Source: a virus
Taxonomy: Duplodnaviria > Caudoviricetes
Virus record (IMG/VR): IMGVR_UViG_3300031472_000142
Span: 1 to 51,115 of that record
Length of the DNA stretch: 51,115 nucleotides
Reading direction: 5' to 3' (one strand)
Positions within the stretch are counted from its first letter, which is position 1, and every line of letters begins with the position of its first letter. A model generated the notes under the pieces. The model had not been told where the DNA came from. It made no database searches and worked only from the letters and a program-made list of their open reading frames with translations. Made by a program: the position numbers and the translations under genes. Positions 26,201-34,808 of this stretch are shown here, in pieces.

Positions 26201-27354
26201 GCTCTGGCGGCGGGGGCGGGGGCAACGCGCCAGATGTGCCCTTGCTGGGCCCGGCGCAGATGGCCGATCTCGAGAACTTCATCGGCCGCGATGTGATCCC
26301 CGCGAACCGCGCCCTTGTCCCGGCCGGCCACTTCGACTCGTCCGTCCTGGCCGCGGACCTGAACAACGCGTTCAAGGCGCCGGACGTGGTCGGATCCGTC
26401 AGCGCCGGCGTCGCCGGCCTGTTTCGGAGCCTCGACTGGACCGCTCACATGGCCGGCAAAACGGCGTCCATGGGGCTCCAAATTGCTGGCAGTCTGACCG
26501 GTGGTGTCGTTGTGGCGTTTCGCTCTATCGACTGGGGCAAGGCCGCGGGGGCAATCGGGGGATTCGCGGCCGCGACGGCGGGCATCGCGCTGGCCATCGG
26601 TGGTGTGCTCTTGGGCGCGCTCAAGGCGGTCGGCAGTCTTTTGGGAGGCGGGGCGGCGGGCGCGGCTCCGGCCATGATCTCGCTGCGCACCAACCTCATC
26701 TCGTCATTCAGTGGCGTCATCGCCGGCATCGCCTCGGGCGTCGCCGGCAGCATGGTTGCCCTCAAGACCGCCGGCGCCAACGCCATCAACAGCCTCATTA
26801 GCGGCATCCAAGGAGCGTCCGCGCGCCTAACCGGCACAGTCGGGAAAGGGTTCGATGTGGCACTCAACATCGTGGTGCAATTGGCCAATGGCGTCAAGGC
26901 GTCGGCAGGTCTCCTGATCCAGGCAGGCAAGGACATGATCACCGGCTTCATCAACGGTATGATCAACCTCGTCAACCAGGCGCTCAGCCACTTCCCCGGT
27001 GGCCTCTCCGTCCCGTTGTTGAGCACATCTCCGCCGCCCAAGCCACCGCCGGTCACGCATCACGGCGCACCGACGTCGGCAGGTGGCCACGGCGCGTCGC
27101 TTATCTACGTTAGTCCCCAGCTAGCGGCGTCGCTGCGCGGGGCAGCGTCATCCGGCGCGGGGCTCGCTCAGCAGCACACCCACACCCACCGGGAGACGCA
27201 CACCCACCAGAACACCATCCACGCGCCGATCACGATCAACGGCGCCCAGCACCCTGAGGCTATCGGCCATCAGATCACGCAGGCGCTCCTGGACATGGAG
27301 CGAGGTGTGGCTGAGGCCGCGCGCAAGGGCGGCGGTGGGAGCCACGGACGCTAA
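23212..27354 (+). CDS. Tape measure protein with internal 20-aa repeat block
   Basis: 1380 aa, Ala/Gly-rich, follows the chaperone, typical C-terminal ITINGA. Confidence 0.9.
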   Translation: MSNADAHSEIIITIRGNSQSLDEAAARARAALGAMGESANTSSHRLDAHARAEHAAARGAEELAAGTRLASDAFQLFNIGGQNSYYQLMSLGGITKEMSGSMGMLRGALIGAAQSMAVLGAISFLSGAVKDAMDGEAATERLRAAAGRAGQSFEQLNRQVEDGSQQWARYGVTAAQVRDVLARGVSAGVSGGTLLGNPRALADTAALLKTDVGGALTAITTGASGAVKILTALNVPIYQQQRILQQIRYENANARASQLLGLVEHSGYAGGADAQARTAQGNFKALNAALHDLQETAGKDIVPALSDMARALAGVLTSADHLLSGFGGLGNVLRATWLPLVGLGIVLFTGLRSVVFDLAGKLIGAVAQALGLTTQHMVEASDEAHKLADDVASIPTMAETVAIFNDTAAKAEKDGVYIPDVLSIPKIAPTVATFDATAAKAAIEGAQAYAAAHPVRVPVDYIDGAFREAPVAPLTIPVRYDTANAFVEATATPIDVPVRYDTSAALTEASPAPMTVPVRYETTSALVETPPTPLVVPVSYDTVHPLVEATPTPLTVPVRYDTTNALTEERPAPLTVPVRYDTANAFHEATTTPLVVPVRYDTTRAFVEAHATAIDVPVRYDTTRAFHEATAVPLTVPVRYDTKNAFHEATATEIDVPVRYVERNTLHEAAAHPIDVPVVTHNVDQGRLDREIGQADAYAAAHPVNLPVVTHNVDEARIEREVRAAQAYATAHPVEAPVRTMGTVHVAATGATLDVTPVLDPRHATLDAAIRTTVQNEVNAGGPVKIFVTPQWVKGAGHALAGGLAMGAGVAITSAIFQSVKIDHVDGFTAPSAKAPPAPQVHVTVPAVKFPSQQHVVVDNVGAIGSAIAGGKPPPAAPVSSSHGAPPLPQTGNAVNVRVMNAYDIGSAGNPIHLSATTPINATINTTKPFAVSQSGGWKVSIGSIDWGALAEMAVAMAAGSLATQGIMGLLSKGGPAIWGYLSKLLGDIKGPRDGPGSGGGGGGNAPDVPLLGPAQMADLENFIGRDVIPANRALVPAGHFDSSVLAADLNNAFKAPDVVGSVSAGVAGLFRSLDWTAHMAGKTASMGLQIAGSLTGGVVVAFRSIDWGKAAGAIGGFAAATAGIALAIGGVLLGALKAVGSLLGGGAAGAAPAMISLRTNLISSFSGVIAGIASGVAGSMVALKTAGANAINSLISGIQGASARLTGTVGKGFDVALNIVVQLANGVKASAGLLIQAGKDMITGFINGMINLVNQALSHFPGGLSVPLLSTSPPPKPPPVTHHGAPTSAGGHGASLIYVSPQLAASLRGAASSGAGLAQQHTHTHRETHTHQNTIHAPITINGAQHPEAIGHQITQALLDMERGVAEAARKGGGGSHGR
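24628..25227 (+). repeat. Ten 60-bp (20-aa) coding repeats
   Basis: Consensus about PLTVPVRYDTxxAFxEAxxT; followed by two 30-aa units to about 25407. Confidence 0.9.
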
Positions 27355-27360
27355 AGGGGC

Positions 27361-27582
27361 TTAGAGTCCGTGGGCGATCAGAATGGCCGTTACCATCATG
27401 GCAAGGACGACGATGACCACGATCAGTGCGATGTACCGCTCCGCCGTCAGCCCGCTCCGCCTCCGTCGTGCTCGCGGTGGCGGCGCGTCCACACTGGCCC
27501 ACGTGGGCAACGTCTCCTCGCCCACGTGGGCGCGCGGGACACGCCGCGCGCCTCCCATATACTCACGGTCTAGTAGTCCCAT
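27361..27582 (-). CDS. Antisense moron: small C-terminal TM protein
   Basis: MGLLDREYM...YIALIVVIVVLAMMVTAILIAHGL; GAAGGGAAGG RBS. Confidence 0.7.
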   Translation of the reverse strand: MGLLDREYMGGARRVPRAHVGEETLPTWASVDAPPPRARRRRSGLTAERYIALIVVIVVLAMMVTAILIAHGL

Positions 27583-27606
27583 TTCCATACCTTCCCTTCG
27601 CGTATC

Positions 27607-27636
27607 ATCATAGCGTAACCGAGAGGCTGGGCGCAA
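27607..27636 (-). promoter_or_regulatory. Putative promoter of the moron
   Basis: TTGCGC, 18 bp, TATGAT on the minus strand. Confidence 0.5.
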
Positions 27637-28104
27637 ATGGCGGCAACCTATGTCTACCGGAGCGGCGCGGCCACGGCGTTCCCGGCCAATAGTGGCGTTT
27701 TGTTGTGCTCAGAGCCGGCCAACACGCCGGGCTCGGGGCAGCGCAACGGGCTGCTCCTGAGTTACGGCGAGGGGCGCGAAGCGGGACTGATCGACGACAT
27801 CAGCTTTCCGATGTTCCTGGGGCGGCAGTACGCCACGATGGAGGTGGGGCAAGCGTCGTTCGACGTGGTGTCCCTCCCCTACCGCTTCCCGCCTGGCGCC
27901 GTGGCGCTGGATGGGGCAACCACACCCGAGGACGCCATCCGAGCCATCGTGGCCGATCAGCACAACGGCTACGTCTGCCGATTGCAGGACGCGCGGGGCC
28001 ATAACTGGCTGGGCGGCCTGGCCCTCACGCAAAACAGCTTTGGCTATCCGCACGGACAGGCCGGCTGGACCGTGTTCAGCGGTATGTTTTACCGGATCGG
28101 GTAA
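27637..28104 (+). CDS. Distal tail (Dit)-like protein
   Basis: First gene after the tape measure; CRLQDARG motif. Confidence 0.6.
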   Translation: MAATYVYRSGAATAFPANSGVLLCSEPANTPGSGQRNGLLLSYGEGREAGLIDDISFPMFLGRQYATMEVGQASFDVVSLPYRFPPGAVALDGATTPEDAIRAIVADQHNGYVCRLQDARGHNWLGGLALTQNSFGYPHGQAGWTVFSGMFYRIG

Positions 28105-28136
28105 CGCGCCAAGGGCCGAGGAGGGGCGGGGGGGCG

Positions 28137-29603
28137 ATGCAAAACCTAACTCGCGCGTCCACCACGGGCGCCACCTACAGCTCCGCCCAGGTCACGGATC
28201 TCATCAATTTCCACGGCGGCTATCGGCGCGGCATGTGGCGCGTGGACCTGTTGCGCAAGGACAAATCCTACAAGTCGGATTTGACGCCGTTCATCGACCG
28301 GCTGACCATCGCGCACGATACCACGCGCGCCGTGCAGCGCACCTGCACACTCGACATGGTAGAGACAGCCGCCAGTCAGACCGTGACGATCCGGGACGGC
28401 GTGGTCACGTCGGCCGCGGTCGACTACATCAATGACCTGGCGCAAGTCTATTACCGATTGGGCGCGCCATCGCCTGATGGCGGATGGATCGAGTTCAGCC
28501 TGGGCATCTTCAAGTTCAAGCGACCAGGCGCGCAGATACCCGGTTACGCGACGGTCAGGACAGCGGACCTCTCCGACCTGTCGTACATCCCGAACGAGAC
28601 CCAGAGCGTCACCGGCCCCGACGCCATCCCCTTAACCCTACCCGCGGGCGCGTCCCTGATCGACGTCGTACGCGCCCTCCTGGTCAACAGCCGGGACGGC
28701 GCCACGAACAACAGCGGCGTCGCGGCCTGCGCCGGCGTACCGGGCTGCACCCTGCCGGCGGCATGGATCGGGGCCGACTGGCCCACCAGCGCCGCCAAGA
28801 ACGCCACGATCCCGCCGGGATACACCTTCACCGAGGGCGAAACGTTCCTCTCCATCATCAACCACCTCCTGTTCTATATCCACTGCTACAACCTGTGGGT
28901 GGACGAAAGTGGCGTCTTCCGGGTCACGTCGTGGCCGGCAAACCTGGACTATCGCACCGCGCCGGTCGGCTACACCTACTCGACGCAAACGGACAGCATC
29001 ATCACCCCCGGCATCACCGAGGACATCGTGCTAGACGAGCTGGCCAACGAGGTCGACGTCGTGGTGGAGGACGCCGCGCGCAACACAGCCTACGCCACGG
29101 CCATCAACACCGACCCTCAGTCTCCGATCTCGACAGCCAACTACGACTACCCCATCGTCAAAGTCGTCCGTGACCCACACGTCCCCGACGCGACGGACAC
29201 CAACTGGGCCGCCGGCTTCGCCAAACTCCAACTCATCATCGCCTCGTACCTCACGGATAGAGTGACGTTCACCACGGCGGTCAACCCCGCGCATCAGAAC
29301 CTGGACGTGCTCTCGCTCCAGGTCCTACAGAACGGCAATCCGGTCATCGTCGGCGGCTCGTACAGCCAGACCACGCGGCACCTGAGCCTCACGGATAAGT
29401 TTCTGGAGACGGCCTGGACCATCAACGCCGACCTGCCCGCGCCCGGCAGCGCCAGCAGCTTACCCGGCGCGGCGGGCGTCGTGACCAATCTAGCGGCGCG
29501 CGCCGCCAAGAGCGGCCCGACCATGACGCATACCTGCCACCGCATCATCAGCCTCTGCAATCCCGACTACATCACCACTAACCCGTCGAATCCCTCGCCC
29601 TAA
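28137..29603 (+). CDS. Tail hub/baseplate (Tal-like) minor tail protein
   Basis: Synteny; RTCTL, LWVDESGVF, NEVDVV, NPAHQNLDV motifs. Confidence 0.75.
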   Translation: MQNLTRASTTGATYSSAQVTDLINFHGGYRRGMWRVDLLRKDKSYKSDLTPFIDRLTIAHDTTRAVQRTCTLDMVETAASQTVTIRDGVVTSAAVDYINDLAQVYYRLGAPSPDGGWIEFSLGIFKFKRPGAQIPGYATVRTADLSDLSYIPNETQSVTGPDAIPLTLPAGASLIDVVRALLVNSRDGATNNSGVAACAGVPGCTLPAAWIGADWPTSAAKNATIPPGYTFTEGETFLSIINHLLFYIHCYNLWVDESGVFRVTSWPANLDYRTAPVGYTYSTQTDSIITPGITEDIVLDELANEVDVVVEDAARNTAYATAINTDPQSPISTANYDYPIVKVVRDPHVPDATDTNWAAGFAKLQLIIASYLTDRVTFTTAVNPAHQNLDVLSLQVLQNGNPVIVGGSYSQTTRHLSLTDKFLETAWTINADLPAPGSASSLPGAAGVVTNLAARAAKSGPTMTHTCHRIISLCNPDYITTNPSNPSP

Positions 29604-29630
29604 CCCTCATCCCTAAAGGACTTTTTCAGC

Positions 29631-31457
29631 ATGGCGACGTCCACCACTCATGACCAGGCCACATACCGCGCCATCGGCGCGCGCATCGCTCAGGACGTGG
29701 CCGCCCTCCTGGTGGACAACCCCACATTCTGGCGCGACGTGGAGAGCAAGCGCCCGACGTTCATCCGCGGCGTCGTGGCCGCCACGCGGCGCGACGCGAC
29801 CGGCGTCAACCAGGTGCGGATCACGCGTACCGGCGCGAAGACGGATACGACGTGGTACGAGATTTATGGCACGATGTATGTCCCCGTTGCCGGCGACGAC
29901 GTGCAGGCCGTGCGCGTGGGCGGCACGTCCCTCCTGATCCTGGGGGCCAGGCACGGCGGCCGGCCGAACGAACAGACCATCATGTACCCCGGCCAGACCC
30001 ATCGCCTCTACGACAGCGGGCGGGCGTTGCTGCATAAGCACGGCGACGACCACCACACCCGCCACTACCGGAGTGATGGCGCCACGGTCGCGCACCATCA
30101 CTCCGAGGCCGGCCACCACAAACACGTCGGCGACCACGTGCATAACGCCGCGTCCCTGTCGGATGGTGGGACGCCGACCGCGCCGTACCACCGCAAGACA
30201 CACGCAGCCGGCCGCTACGAGCACCACGGCGACTACGGAGACGGGGCGGGGGAGCGCCTCGTGCGCCACCACGCGCCCACGGGGCACGGCCACTACGTGG
30301 CCAACGGCGCGGGCGGGACGGCCGTCCATCTTCATGACTACGGCGGCCACACGCATCCCAAAGGCCACCGCGTGGCCGACGACGGCGCGGGCACGGCCGT
30401 TGGCCGTCTCTATCTGCAACACGCCAACGGTCAGCGTGCGATGGACCACGACGGAGCAGCATGGCGCGCCTATGCCAATCACGGCTCAGCGATCCTCAAG
30501 CACGATGGAACTGACCTCCACATCGGTTCGGATGCTGATGGAAATCCGCAGGTCAGGATTGGATCCAACGGCAACGGCGGCCTCCTCAAGGTCCACCGCC
30601 AAAACGCCTCCGATTTTCATCTCCTGGGCGACGATGGCGCCGGTCTGTTGCACGCGCGGCACGGCGCGGGAAATCGCGCCTGGGACCATGACGGCGACAC
30701 GCACACCATGTACAGCCAGGGGTCATGGGCCATACGCGCCATCAGCACCGAGATCGCTGGACTCGGTAGCGGCGGTCGCTCGGGCGTGCTGCGTTTCGCC
30801 GCAACGGGTCCAGGTTGGCAGTTGGGCGATGATGGCGCCGGAAAGTTTCACTCACGACACTATAACGGCGGCCGGATGCATGACCACGACGGCACGACGC
30901 ATCAGGTCTACAGCGGTGGCGTGGCCGTCATTCAACATGTTACCGTCGGCAATCAGGGCGGCCAGCTCAACTACAAGCGCGCGTCTTTCACCTCGTTCCA
31001 TACGTCGGGGGAGGATGGGGGGGGTAACATGCAGCACGTGACCCAGGGCACGCGGATCAAGACGATCGACACGGGCGGGAACGGCATGTTGCATCAGGAC
31101 GCCCACGCCATGGCCACGGTTATTAGCGGCGGCGGCGTTACTATCCCGCTTGCCGGCGGGAATATCTACAACCTGGGCGGCAGTGGACAGTATAACCAAC
31201 CACACTTCAAGATCGTGACCGCAACGTTTTACTACACTGGTGGCTCCAACGCGGGCGACTATCGCCACGGCGCGACACATCCCGCTCACAATCAAGGCTA
31301 CGGCGCCGATACGGCAGGAACGTTCGTCGGTATCGCCGGGTGGGCACAGACCCAGACTTTTGGCGACCTGGGAACGACGTATTACGGCAAGACCTATAGC
31401 GGAGCGAGCGCCTGGGCGGGGACCGTTGCGACGCGAACTCAGGTGGTGCAACAGTGA
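29631..31457 (+). CDS. Tail spike/fibre: OB-fold-like N-terminus plus His/Gly-rich beta repeats
   Basis: YVPVAGDDVQAVRVGG..LILG N-terminus; about 54 His in 608 aa by hand count. Confidence 0.7.
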   Translation: MATSTTHDQATYRAIGARIAQDVAALLVDNPTFWRDVESKRPTFIRGVVAATRRDATGVNQVRITRTGAKTDTTWYEIYGTMYVPVAGDDVQAVRVGGTSLLILGARHGGRPNEQTIMYPGQTHRLYDSGRALLHKHGDDHHTRHYRSDGATVAHHHSEAGHHKHVGDHVHNAASLSDGGTPTAPYHRKTHAAGRYEHHGDYGDGAGERLVRHHAPTGHGHYVANGAGGTAVHLHDYGGHTHPKGHRVADDGAGTAVGRLYLQHANGQRAMDHDGAAWRAYANHGSAILKHDGTDLHIGSDADGNPQVRIGSNGNGGLLKVHRQNASDFHLLGDDGAGLLHARHGAGNRAWDHDGDTHTMYSQGSWAIRAISTEIAGLGSGGRSGVLRFAATGPGWQLGDDGAGKFHSRHYNGGRMHDHDGTTHQVYSGGVAVIQHVTVGNQGGQLNYKRASFTSFHTSGEDGGGNMQHVTQGTRIKTIDTGGNGMLHQDAHAMATVISGGGVTIPLAGGNIYNLGGSGQYNQPHFKIVTATFYYTGGSNAGDYRHGATHPAHNQGYGADTAGTFVGIAGWAQTQTFGDLGTTYYGKTYSGASAWAGTVATRTQVVQQ

Positions 31458-31885
31458 TTTTTCATCGCTTCGGCCTCTTCGACCGCGCGACGGGCCGCGC
31501 GGTCTCCTACTGGTTCCACTGTCAACCCCATGGGCACAGCCTGGCCACGCCAACCGAAATAACGGTAGGGCACGCGGCCGGCACGACCTATCACCTGCCC
31601 ATGGATGACCTACGGGAGGACTGGTTGCGTCTGCACGCCGAATGGCACGTGTCGTGTGACCCCGCGCACCGAGGCGATCTCGAGTCGGGAGTCGCGCATA
31701 TCGGCCGCTCCCGTCACGAGGGCGGCGTCGACCATCCCACTATCACGCATGTGCGTCTGGGCGGCGCGGTGCGCCACGCCACCGATCCCCATCCGCTCGT
31801 CGCGGCGCGCATGGATCAGGTCCGCGCCCTCCCACCGCGCGATCTTGTCCGCTTTTTCTGCGGCCCACAGGAAGGACTGCTCTAA
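31454..31885 (+). CDS. His-rich hypothetical protein
   Basis: GTGA overlap with the spike gene; about 15 His in 143 aa. Confidence 0.7.
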   Translation: MIFHRFGLFDRATGRAVSYWFHCQPHGHSLATPTEITVGHAAGTTYHLPMDDLREDWLRLHAEWHVSCDPAHRGDLESGVAHIGRSRHEGGVDHPTITHVRLGGAVRHATDPHPLVAARMDQVRALPPRDLVRFFCGPQEGLL

Positions 31886-32290
31886 ATGGCCGAACCGAAC
31901 TATCACCCCGACGTGCGCCTGCGCCTGCACCAGCTTGGACTGACGCTGGCCTATGATGGTAGCGTCTACGCGGCGTCGTATTGCGAGCTGATTGGCCGGG
32001 ACGGCACGCCCCTGGCGCAGCGCCATACCTACGCCCACCGCCTGGAGCCGAACGCCTGGCATGGTTACACGCTCCCCGCGTTAACGGCCGAGGCGTTCCG
32101 CGCGCACCATGACTGGCTGAGCCTCAACCCACCAGCCGACGATGACGTGCCGCTGCACCTGCATCCCCAGGGCCATCCGGGCCTGGCCGACAATCACCCT
32201 GTCCCACCACCGCCCGATCCGGGTCCGCCGCCTGACCCACGCACGCTACGCCAGTATGTGGACGACGTGGCCCGACGGACGCGCCCGTAA
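31886..32290 (+). CDS. His/Pro-rich hypothetical protein
   Basis: Abuts the previous gene; about 11 His in 134 aa. Confidence 0.7.
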   Translation: MAEPNYHPDVRLRLHQLGLTLAYDGSVYAASYCELIGRDGTPLAQRHTYAHRLEPNAWHGYTLPALTAEAFRAHHDWLSLNPPADDDVPLHLHPQGHPGLADNHPVPPPPDPGPPPDPRTLRQYVDDVARRTRP

Positions 32291-32356
32291 CTGCCCCGCG
32301 CGCCGGGCGCGCCGCCTGGCGCGCCGGTATCCACCAACACCAAAAGGAGAGATGAT

Positions 32357-32788
32357 ATGTCGTTCGGAGCGGACCTTAGCGCCATGCAGATCAAGCAAAC
32401 CATCTCACAGAGCGCGGCCCAGTTCGTCGCGTTCCTCAAAAACTTCCAGGGGGTAGACGCGCAACTCAACGACCTGGGCCTCGATCAGATCAGGGCGGCG
32501 TACGCGCAGCAGTACCAAGGCGCGGTGGACGCCCCGACCCGCGCTGAGGCCGACGTGCAGGGATTGACCAGCTACCTGAGCGCGGTAGAAGCAGTCGCGG
32601 CCTACGCCACGCAAACCGTGACCGTGACGCCAACCGACAACACGGCGAAGGACGCCGCGGAGGCGACGGTGTCGGTCCCCGTCGGCAGTTACGCCCTCGT
32701 CACCAGCGACCCCACGGCGATCTTAATCCTGCGCAACCTGGGAGACAAGGGACGCGCGATCCGCGCCGCCGCCCCGCTCGGGGCCTGA
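32357..32788 (+). CDS. Hypothetical protein
   Basis: AAGGAG RBS. Confidence 0.75.
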   Translation: MSFGADLSAMQIKQTISQSAAQFVAFLKNFQGVDAQLNDLGLDQIRAAYAQQYQGAVDAPTRAEADVQGLTSYLSAVEAVAAYATQTVTVTPTDNTAKDAAEATVSVPVGSYALVTSDPTAILILRNLGDKGRAIRAAAPLGA

Positions 32789-32815
32789 TCGCGGATACCC
32801 TCCTAAAGGAGAGAT

Positions 32816-33058
32816 GTGGACAACGCGAGCACCAGCACGACGGTCGACGACGCCTACCAGGAGTTACAGGAGGATCTGGCGGGGCACGACCAGGCCATTG
32901 TCGAGACCCAGGAGGCGCTGGCACGCCTGCACGCCTATCGCCAGCGCCTCCTGGGTCACATGGACGCCTTGAAGCGCGTCGCCGACGCGGGACACGGCGC
33001 GCTCCCCATCGCATCCCTTCGCGCGCGAACCGATGACGGCGACGCGCCCGTCCCCTAA
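32816..33058 (+). CDS. Small coiled-coil protein
   Basis: AAGGAG RBS, heptad pattern. Confidence 0.7.
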   Translation: MDNASTSTTVDDAYQELQEDLAGHDQAIVETQEALARLHAYRQRLLGHMDALKRVADAGHGALPIASLRARTDDGDAPVP

Positions 33059-33091
33059 ACGACTGAATGTGGAAAGGCGGAGCATACGCCG

Positions 33092-33166
33092 ATGAACTTA
33101 TCTTCGCTGCCGCTCCTACTGCAGGCCCTGGCGGTCATCGTCACCGCGCTTTCCGGTCGCGCGTGA
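33092..33166 (+). CDS. 24-aa hydrophobic micro-protein
   Basis: Manual ORF MNLSSLPLLLQALAVIVTALSGRA; GGAG upstream. Confidence 0.45.
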   Translation: MNLSSLPLLLQALAVIVTALSGRA

Positions 33167-33204
33167 CGCGCCGGGAGGGGATCGAACGAGAGAGCGAGGG
33201 GGCA

Positions 33205-33711
33205 ATGGACATGGCCCGTTTATTGAGCGTGGACGGCCCTCCAGGAGACAACGGCCCGCTGCGCTCACTGCTGACGCGCCTGCTGACGATCCCGCCGCCG
33301 TTGGCGGGTAGCGGCCTCAATCAATACCTGGCCCCGGTCCTGATCGGGGCCGCAACGTCGCTCATTGCGACGTGTCTGGCCGTGCTCAGTGGCCAGATCA
33401 CGCATTGGCTGGATGACCGGCGACAGGCCGAGAAAGACACCAAAGCGGCGGCCACGGCCGCCACGGCGGCGGGTTCCCCGGCCACGCCCTCCAGCGCGGA
33501 GACGGCTGCCGCGCTGATCACGGACAATAACGCAGCCGCGTTGCGCGAGGCGCTACAGATGTTGATTGCCGAGACGCGGCGCAACGATGACATGCAGCAG
33601 CGCCTGCGCGACGCCGAAGCTCGATTGGCCGCGGGGACGCCGGGTACGACGGGGACGCCGCGGCCAATCGCTCCCTCGGGGTGGTCGGACACCAGTACCG
33701 ACGACGATTAG
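33205..33711 (+). CDS. Membrane protein (1 TM plus coiled coil), lysis module
   Basis: APVLIGAATSLIATCLAVLSG TM segment. Confidence 0.7.
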   Translation: MDMARLLSVDGPPGDNGPLRSLLTRLLTIPPPLAGSGLNQYLAPVLIGAATSLIATCLAVLSGQITHWLDDRRQAEKDTKAAATAATAAGSPATPSSAETAAALITDNNAAALREALQMLIAETRRNDDMQQRLRDAEARLAAGTPGTTGTPRPIAPSGWSDTSTDDD

Positions 33712-33730
33712 ATCAAAGGGGAGACAGGAT

Positions 33731-33943
33731 ATGTGTCAGCACATCGCGGCGGGCATCGGCCTGCTCAATGTGATCATTTTCGCGGCGGGCTTGTTTGCCG
33801 CTCATGTCGGCGGCATGTTCGCCAATCGGGCGAAGCGGTTCCCGCGCAGCGTCACGCCGCCGGCGTTGCTCCTGTTCATCGTGGGCGCCGCGGTGTGCAG
33901 CGCGTCCCTGACTCTGCCGCCGATGGGAGTGTACGCCCCATGA
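33731..33943 (+). CDS. Two-TM small protein (holin candidate)
   Basis: Two hydrophobic helices separated by a basic loop. Confidence 0.65.
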   Translation: MCQHIAAGIGLLNVIIFAAGLFAAHVGGMFANRAKRFPRSVTPPALLLFIVGAAVCSASLTLPPMGVYAP

Positions 33944-34500
33944 TGCCGTCCATCTATGACCGCCGTCACGGCAGGCGCGCTGTCCCGGACGCGCGCCTGC
34001 CCCGCACGCAATCAAGCGACGCGCCACTCCTCGCCGACGACGCGCCCGCGAGGGCGACGCCTGGGGCGGAGGATGAGGCGTCCCGCACGGAGGCTGCTGC
34101 CGCCGCTGCCGACGCCTCCGCTGCCGCCGCTGCCGACGCCTCCGCCTCCGCTGCCGCCACGTTGACTGTGGACGCGCTGCGCGTTCTGTTCACGCGCTGG
34201 CAGGAGGACGCGGAGGCGCGCGCACAGCAGGAGCGCGCGACTCTCATCCCGTCGCTGGCCGTTGTGGTCTGCCTGTGCGCGTCGATCATCGACCTGACGC
34301 TGATTATCGTGGCGCGCCTCGTCGGCATGGTCGCGCCGCCGCGCGACCAAACGGCGATCGGGCTGTACGTGTTCATGGCCGAATGGCTGGTGATGGTCCT
34401 GCTGGCCAGCAGTGTGGTGGCGCGTCTGGCGCGTCGCCGCCGCCGTCGTGGCGACCAGGGCGACCAGGGCGACCAGGGCGACCAGGACGACGACGCATGA
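33940..34500 (+). CDS. Two-TM membrane protein
   Basis: ATGA overlap; two TMs, RRRRRR and GDQ repeats. Confidence 0.7.
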   Translation: MMPSIYDRRHGRRAVPDARLPRTQSSDAPLLADDAPARATPGAEDEASRTEAAAAAADASAAAAADASASAAATLTVDALRVLFTRWQEDAEARAQQERATLIPSLAVVVCLCASIIDLTLIIVARLVGMVAPPRDQTAIGLYVFMAEWLVMVLLASSVVARLARRRRRRGDQGDQGDQGDQDDDA

Positions 34501-34808
34501 GCGCGCGCGACCTCTCCGTCCCGTCCCCGCGCACGACCGAACGCTCGCTAGGCGACGATGAGCCCGCCGCCATTGGACAGCGCCTCCGTGTCCGCTCGCG
34601 TGGCAGTCACCTAGACGGCGCGCTCGTGACCGTCACGCGCTGCGACCGCATGTCACGCTTCGATAACTGACCCGCAGACAAACCACTGCCGTGGGTCTAT
34701 CGTGTCCACGGTGTCGCGGACGATACCAAGCGCAGTAGCATGGGTGCGTCGCAGTTGAGGACGATCGAGAGCGCTGGTGAGGCAACAGGAGGAGGGCCAA
34801 ACGTATGA
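34497..34808 (+). pseudogene. Small gene with internal in-frame TGA (34668-34670); pseudogene or read-through
   Basis: The frame continues past TGA for 45 codons and ends in an ATGA overlap with the endolysin start. Confidence 0.55.

Noticed and set aside
29631-31457. Diversity-generating retroelement targeting the tail fibre
   Set aside because: No reverse transcriptase in the window and no template/variable repeat pair noticed.
33205-33213. Holin/antiholin dual start (Met-Asp-Met)
   Set aside because: Lacks the basic residue of the lambda S motif and the TM lies far downstream; too weak.
3677-34670. Genome-wide stop-codon reassignment
   Set aside because: Only two isolated internal stops (one TAG, one TGA). 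Core genes end normally at TAG, TGA and TAA, and no suppressor tRNA was seen.
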